A stretch of DNA of 59,362 nt from an uncultured Thermoplasmatales archaeon (GTDB lineage Archaea; Thermoplasmatota; E2; DHVEG-1): positions 1 to 59,362 of the forward strand of contig CAYPIF010000025.1 in the NCBI GenBank assembly GCA_964410735.1, in the 5' to 3' direction. The position numbers and the translations under genes are program-made. The notes beneath the pieces were generated by a model. It made no database searches and was not told the DNA's origin. It worked only from the letters and a program-made list of their open reading frames with translations. This document shows, piece by piece, positions 53,425-59,362 of this stretch (positions are counted from its first letter, which is position 1; each line of letters opens with the position of its first letter).

Positions 53425-56139
53425 CTATATAGGAATACTGAACGGAAGATCAAGCAACCATTGGATGATATCCCAAAGCCATTCGAACTGCATCAGGAAA
53501 TACACAACACTATGTGGACAACGTACAGAAACATAGGAATTTCCCATATTGCCCGCATGATCAAAGGCTCGAACCTCAAGATCATATTGTTGTAAGAGCT
53601 CAGCAGTAAACGTCCATGAGTATGTTGAGCCACCAGGAAGTTCAGCAGCTTTTCCCCCATTGAACCATATCTCAATACGTTCCACACCAGATCCACTGCT
53701 TGAATCATAAACAGTTCCCTCAACAACGGTTACACCCGGTGTGATACGACCCCATTGTGGTGAATCGATGGTGACAGAGGGATCTGTGGCATCCATTTTG
53801 ATATTATCTATGATCTGATGTGGGTCCTCCTCATTTCCTGCAGCATCCACACTATAAAACTCAATTTTATGGTCCCCGCCATCGGAGGATATCCGTGGTT
53901 TGTTATTGGCATCATATGTCCGAACGCTCCCGCCATCGATATAATAATAGGTGACAAGGTCCTCTTCAGGTGAAACATTATCATGGGCCTCAAAGGTAAA
54001 GGTCACAGCGGTCGTATACCAATCATCAGCCCCATTTGGGGTAGCAGGATTCATCTCATAGGTCGTCCATGGAGGATCATAATCCGATCCGACCCAGCTG
54101 ACGCTCCACCAGTCTAGAACAGGTGTATCCACAGGAAGATCACGACTGAACGTTGCTCGTAATCGTATTGGTTGATCAGGAAGACTTGAAATATCCCGTC
54201 CAGGGTTGATATCAGAAAGAATGACCTGGGCCCCTTGCTCATTGAGGATATCAAAGCTAATGGTACCAATAGGCGTTGAATAATCAGCATCGAACGCAGC
54301 CCATTCCAAAAAACCTTCACCGGCCTCAATCACCCTTGATACAACAACAGTACTTGTTATCATCTGATGCTCCACACCGATCGTATAGTCGACATCCGGG
54401 GAACCGGTTGACCGATAGACCTGCCAGACACTACCAAAGGCATCGGGGTATTCACTTGCCTGATCCCGTTCATCCTCCCAGGTTGCAAAGATCCGGCCGT
54501 TTCCCACAGCAAGATTATTCCAGTCGACGCTCACTGATGACCCATCAGAAAGTTTATGTGACTCTGTCTGCACCTCACCATCTGAGGAAACTAATATGCC
54601 CCAGAGGTCAGATCCACCATCAAAGGAGACAAAGAACATGGTATCTAGATAAGGAACTGCATCTGTTCGAATATATTGAGAACCTGCTTGGAGTATGAAA
54701 TCATCTTCCACAACCACACCATGTTTATCAACGATCTTTCCCCAGACATTCCCATGATATCGTCCAGCGCTTAGATCAGCATCATTCCATGCAAAGAGAA
54801 ATCGTTCTGTTTGAGGACAATAACTAACAACAGGGAAGATATGATCTATGGAGGTATCACCAATTGCAACAGATATAACAGAGCCAAGAGCCGCACCATT
54901 ACTATCAAATCGTTGTGCATTTAAACTGAACGGACCAGACTCAGGATCAAATCCATCCTCATAAACGACCATGAAATTACCATTGTTATCACTACATACC
55001 CATGGTTCATCCTGACAGTTCGGGCCGCTTGCCACTTGAAAATCAGAGGTGACTGGGTTACCTGATGCATCAAAGATTCGTCCATAGACATCATAGTTAC
55101 TGGTGCTTCCTCTCGCATCCTCCCAGACAACAAAGAACCGGTTTGTAGCACTATCATAGCTGACACAGGGATCACATTGAAGACTTGCTGCTGCGACAAC
55201 GGTGAATCGTTTGGTGACAACGCCTGACGTTGAAATAAGAGCTCCTTTAATATCTGCTTCAAATCTCATAGGAACATTGTTCGCAGGGTTTTCCTCCCAG
55301 ACAACAAATAACACATTATTACCATAGGCAATAGACGGATTCTGCGCATGTATTGTTGAACCTGAGAGCGAAATATTGATATCTGCATCACCTGATGGTT
55401 GAGGATCACCACCCTCGTAATTGTAGGATCTCCCATGGATAACACAAGGAAGGGTTCGCTCCATACCAAGTAAGAGGTCCTCTGGGCCTATTCGTTCTTC
55501 CCATGCCACAAGGAAGCGGTTGTTGCCAAATGCTACATCGGGATCCCATGCACCTTCCAGGTAATTCTTATAGGATATCATGATATCCGGGCTGGTTCGG
55601 TCATCCCAGGTGAATATCATATCAAAGTTGCTTTCATCAGCTGCCTCAGTGTCACCATAGAAAAGGTAAAAAACAGTATCTCCAGGGGGAACGCTTGGGA
55701 TCCTGACAAGGACATTGGCAGATTCACCTGGATCTACTTCACCAATCCAATAATAAAGTTCGTTTCCCTCAGCGTCCGTGAAACGGAGATCATCAAAATC
55801 AGATTGCATATCTGAATCATAATAGATGGCCATATCAAGGACATATTCAGTAAATGTTTGTGATCCATCATTGGTGATGGTAATCTCCTTCATCCGTGTC
55901 CATGAATCCTTATACCATGCTTCATAGGTATCCTTCATGGAGACGGTACCTTCGATGGTATTAAGAACATAATTTGATGATTTCGTGGTATCGATACCAC
56001 TTGCATCAAGGAAATCATCCTCCCAGGTGAAAAGAGTCCCACCTGAGGAAACACCTAGTAGCATGCCCCCTTGCATGGATACAAGTAAGAGGAGAACTGC
56101 AATCATTAATCCTTTTATTATATTTCTACTATTATTCAT
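53425..56139 (-). CDS. Large secreted protein: DUF2341-like domain, propeller-like repeats, Ig-like domains
   Basis: DFDDLRFTD..LYYWI; repeated P.VA....FLVVWED; FYSVDAAGNEE; RAFDHAGN. Confidence 0.8.
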   Translation of the reverse strand: MNNSRNIIKGLMIAVLLLLVSMQGGMLLGVSSGGTLFTWEDDFLDASGIDTTKSSNYVLNTIEGTVSMKDTYEAWYKDSWTRMKEITITNDGSQTFTEYVLDMAIYYDSDMQSDFDDLRFTDAEGNELYYWIGEVDPGESANVLVRIPSVPPGDTVFYLFYGDTEAADESNFDMIFTWDDRTSPDIMISYKNYLEGAWDPDVAFGNNRFLVAWEERIGPEDLLLGMERTLPCVIHGRSYNYEGGDPQPSGDADINISLSGSTIHAQNPSIAYGNNVLFVVWEENPANNVPMRFEADIKGALISTSGVVTKRFTVVAAASLQCDPCVSYDSATNRFFVVWEDARGSTSNYDVYGRIFDASGNPVTSDFQVASGPNCQDEPWVCSDNNGNFMVVYEDGFDPESGPFSLNAQRFDSNGAALGSVISVAIGDTSIDHIFPVVSYCPQTERFLFAWNDADLSAGRYHGNVWGKIVDKHGVVVEDDFILQAGSQYIRTDAVPYLDTMFFVSFDGGSDLWGILVSSDGEVQTESHKLSDGSSVSVDWNNLAVGNGRIFATWEDERDQASEYPDAFGSVWQVYRSTGSPDVDYTIGVEHQMITSTVVVSRVIEAGEGFLEWAAFDADYSTPIGTISFDILNEQGAQVILSDINPGRDISSLPDQPIRLRATFSRDLPVDTPVLDWWSVSWVGSDYDPPWTTYEMNPATPNGADDWYTTAVTFTFEAHDNVSPEEDLVTYYYIDGGSVRTYDANNKPRISSDGGDHKIEFYSVDAAGNEEDPHQIIDNIKMDATDPSVTIDSPQWGRITPGVTVVEGTVYDSSSGSGVERIEIWFNGGKAAELPGGSTYSWTFTAELLQQYDLEVRAFDHAGNMGNSYVSVRCPHSVVYFLMQFEWLWDIIQWLLDLPFSIPI

Positions 56140-56141
56140 TT

Positions 56142-58358
56142 TTATTTCACCTCATACCATTCATAGTTCCATAATAACCATACATCCCACTCACCGGGAA
56201 ACGGGTTATCACCAAGGACCCATATTCGAGGAATAATTCCATTCTCTGTATCCCACATTACTGTTCGTTTAATGTCAAGAAAATCAGTTCCAGTAACATT
56301 TAAACCATATTGATGAACACCGTTTTGATTTGCACCATACCCAATCTCAAAATGTAACTCTTCACCAATCGGCTCACGGGTATACACCATAAAATATCCT
56401 GTTTGGCCCCATTCCCATTCGATCTTTAGATAGCTTTCGTCATTCAATGAGACGAAACCATTGAGTTTGAATTGTTCGTTCTCAATATCAGCAAAGGTGA
56501 CCTCAACAGGTTTGTTAAGACTAAGTTCAAAGGATCCTGCCTCTCCAACTGTCCAGGTAGCAGCGATATCAAAATCTGCCCCTTGATAGGAGAGGGAGAC
56601 CACAAGATCTATTAGTTCGGTGATGCCACCAGAGAATGCAAGATTCTCCACATGATCACCATCATAATTGAATGAGATCAAAAGATCATCAGTTGCGATA
56701 GCACCGACCCCTAAGGATAATACCTCTGTAGATGTGTCTATATCTACGACAGTAAGGGTCACCCCAAATAATCGGTCACCACCAGTATCAAGACCAACGG
56801 AAACAAACGTGTTATTTTGAGAGGGAAGGTCAAAGGATGCAAGACCATATCCATCATAGAGTTCAAGTACCCCAGTTATCTGCCATTTGTTGAAGCGAAG
56901 GGGTACAGTAAGGGTTGTGGTAGCACCAGAATATTTAGATGCTTGGACATACCCATTGAGTGATGGAACATCCAGTCCTGCATCAACTCGGAGTTTTTGA
57001 GGAAAATGATCTATTTGCATGAATGGTTCCTCTGAATCAAACAACGATATGGATGCTTGGGCGATATCACTTGACATATCCAAATCAATCAGTCCTTCGG
57101 CAGAGAGAGAAAGAAGGCGGATGGCAAGGCCCCAGGTAGCCTTTATTCGTTGAGGAAGCTGAGTCAAGGACATTGCAACAAGATTTCCCTCCTGTACATC
57201 ATCAACCATGTACGTTACATCATAGGTTGTATCACTTTCATAGAGAAACGATCGTTCACCAAGAATAGTAAGGTCAAATGTCATATATGATGGCAACGGA
57301 TCGATCATAAATCTTTGAACGATATTTGAGAGGGAACCTCCAACAGCCGAAAAAGAAATAGTTGTTGCCCGTCCACCGCTATTTCCAAAATCATAACTAA
57401 TTTTTCCCTTTCCAGGAATGGTCGTTATCTGCAGTTCAGCAGCGGGTTCAAAACCGATTGAGAACGATCGGAAGAATGCCTCTGATAATGAGCCATCAAC
57501 GGTTAGAAATGATGCATTATATACTAATGAGTAATCTCGTTCCAATTCATAGGGTGTTACCTTGAATCTGAAGACACGAGGATCACAAATGCTGTTGCGA
57601 CCGAAAAAAAACCGTGTCTCAACATGATGAGGTCCTTCATCGTTCTCAGGGGATGTAAAACCAAATCGTAATGAAAAATATGGTTCCGATGTGGTGATTT
57701 GACCAAAATTCTCCGCCCTAGAGCGTGGTGAAATCATTTCTAATTGACTGATGATCCGATTAAGTGAATCGTATAACCTCTCGAAGCCAGGCGTATCAAA
57801 AAACCTCAATGAGTGCTGAAAAACATCTAGAAGAGGATTATCAACGGATTTACCTTTTATTTTTAATAACGAAAATGGGAAACGAACCTCAAGAAACATT
57901 GAATACTCATAAGTGGTATCAGCTGTGGTCTCCATCGTATAATGTGTTTGTACGACATCGACAAAAGTTGCTTCATCAATCAAATAAATCTGAGTTCGTA
58001 CAAATTGAAGACCTATTCTTGTATCATTATTCTCTTGCAGACTGATCTGATAATATCGCCAGCCGCCACCATCAAGCATCAGTTTAAAGGTCGTCATATC
58101 AATATCAAGCTTTACCTCATCACTTGAGCCATCATAGATAGAATAAAACCAAACACCAAAATCATCAACGGTCAGTGATTGATACAGGTTGATATTGGTT
58201 GAATCGTCAAGTATAATTTCACAAACCCCCGATTCATTAGAGAAAACTGATCCATCATTTTCAGATGTTGAAGTACCAATTGAAAAAGAGCAACTAGTTA
58301 TTGGCATGGTCAAACATAGCATGATTAGAACAACCATAATTTTTATAACCCTTCGCAT
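56142..58358 (-). CDS. Large secreted beta-rich hypothetical protein
   Basis: 738-aa ORF with signal peptide, 2 nt upstream of the next gene. Confidence 0.75.
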   Translation of the reverse strand: MRRVIKIMVVLIMLCLTMPITSCSFSIGTSTSENDGSVFSNESGVCEIILDDSTNINLYQSLTVDDFGVWFYSIYDGSSDEVKLDIDMTTFKLMLDGGGWRYYQISLQENNDTRIGLQFVRTQIYLIDEATFVDVVQTHYTMETTADTTYEYSMFLEVRFPFSLLKIKGKSVDNPLLDVFQHSLRFFDTPGFERLYDSLNRIISQLEMISPRSRAENFGQITTSEPYFSLRFGFTSPENDEGPHHVETRFFFGRNSICDPRVFRFKVTPYELERDYSLVYNASFLTVDGSLSEAFFRSFSIGFEPAAELQITTIPGKGKISYDFGNSGGRATTISFSAVGGSLSNIVQRFMIDPLPSYMTFDLTILGERSFLYESDTTYDVTYMVDDVQEGNLVAMSLTQLPQRIKATWGLAIRLLSLSAEGLIDLDMSSDIAQASISLFDSEEPFMQIDHFPQKLRVDAGLDVPSLNGYVQASKYSGATTTLTVPLRFNKWQITGVLELYDGYGLASFDLPSQNNTFVSVGLDTGGDRLFGVTLTVVDIDTSTEVLSLGVGAIATDDLLISFNYDGDHVENLAFSGGITELIDLVVSLSYQGADFDIAATWTVGEAGSFELSLNKPVEVTFADIENEQFKLNGFVSLNDESYLKIEWEWGQTGYFMVYTREPIGEELHFEIGYGANQNGVHQYGLNVTGTDFLDIKRTVMWDTENGIIPRIWVLGDNPFPGEWDVWLLWNYEWYEVK

Positions 58359-58718
58359 TTATAATTCACCTCTTCAATATAATATTTTCTTTTTCCGCCT
58401 TTATATACATTTTCATTACTTTAAAAATTACTGTATTAATTTTCAAAGAAATGAAAAGGAGGGCAGAAATGCAATGGTATTTTTGGAGGAAATATTTTTT
58501 GTGTTAAAAATTAGCCCCATTAAAATTAAAAAAAATTGCTTACACCCAGATCTTTAAAAAAAATTCAAAAAATAATTATATATAAAAGAATCATGAAATA
58601 TACCATAAAACAAGACAAACCACCCATGATAATAAGGGAAAAACACATCAAAAATTAAATGCTCAAATATATGAAAATCATTAAACCAAAAAAAAATTCA
58701 AAGTGAAGATTAGGATGG

Positions 58719-58942
58719 TTTGACAGCGTACCGAGAGCTTTTAGGTTTCAAGCAGTGAAGTTTACCGCGGAAGAATTCCGAAGAACTCAACCGAAGCTCT
58801 CCACCTAGCCCAAAAGTTCCAGCCCCGTGAGGGGTAATGCTCCCATGGGCTCGCGCACCATAGTACGAAAGATTACGCAGGTAGGCTTAACTGCCGGGTT
58901 CGGGATGAGACCGGGTGTATCCCCACCGCTTTGACCGTCAAA
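58719..58942 (-). rRNA. rrf: 5S rRNA with about 106-nt insertion
   Basis: CACCCGGUCUCAUCCCGAACCCGGCAGUUAAGC, CGUAC, GCGCGAGC conserved blocks; terminal helix UUUGACGG/CUGUCAAA; exact ends approximate. Confidence 0.93.
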
Positions 58943-59000
58943 CCATCTTAAAGAACTTCAACTTATGCAATGACATCACATGCAACCTGTTTAACGATTG

Positions 59001-59362
59001 AGTCAGAAAACGAGCTTTTAGTAGCTACGGGCTGAACATGTCGCCCGAAAGCTTCATGCGTACACCCTAGCTCTATCAAACGGGTCTTATACCCGGGCTC
59101 TATGATGCCTCTTTTTAAGGTGGGCTTCATGCTTAGATGCTTTCAGCATTTATCCCTTACAGCGTGGCTGCCCAGCGCTGCCCTGTCGGACAACTGGTAA
59201 ACTAGTGGCTGCAGACCCCTGTTCCTCTCGTACTAAGGGGTCTTTCCCCTCAGGCATCAAACACTTCTAGAAGTTAGCAACAAACCTGTCTCACGACGGT
59301 CTAAACCCATCTCACGATCCGCTTTAATAGGCGAACAACCTCACCCTTGGCAGCTGCTGCAC
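59001..59362 (-). rRNA. rrl: 23S rRNA, 3' end (truncated by window)
   Basis: Sarcin-ricin loop AGUACGAGAGGAAC, GGGUUUAGACCGUCGUGAGACAGGU, CUGAAAGCAUCUAAGC; 3' boundary approximate. Confidence 0.98.

Noticed and set aside
58189-58710. ORF or repeat in the AT-rich region after the 5S gene
   Set aside because: Homopolymer-rich terminator and promoter DNA; the listed ORF is mostly antisense to a real gene
58728-58833. A separate tRNA or SRP RNA adjacent to a truncated 5S
   Set aside because: No cloverleaf, T-loop or SRP helix 8 motif, and the 5S terminal helix closes only beyond this segment

Overview
AT-rich archaeal chromosome segment, most consistent with an uncultured Thermoplasmatota lineage such as MBG-D/DHVEG-1 (inferred from Alba, PriL, NucS, pelota, archaeal tRNAs, a secreted gingipain-type protease, PGF-CTERM proteins and a DUF6015-like gene). 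It holds an oxidative/UV stress block (katG, YbaN, DUF523-DUF1722, class II photolyase), an HTH regulator divergent from Hsp20, housekeeping genes (tmk, priL, nucS, thiL, purM, dnaJ, Rqc2-pelota), three tRNAs, a type IV pilus locus with a giant modular pilin, several large secreted proteins, a few broken genes, and the 3' end of 23S rRNA followed by 5S rRNA. The standout is the 5S rRNA gene, which carries a structured insertion of about 106 nt near its 3' end, nearly doubling its length. Secondary leads: two structured intergenic elements with micro-ORFs (one resembling a type I toxin-antitoxin layout), a candidate heat-shock operator, an atypical M23 protein and an initiator tRNA with C33. 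No CRISPR array, transposase or integrase was seen. Family assignments come from motif recognition only; no searches were run.
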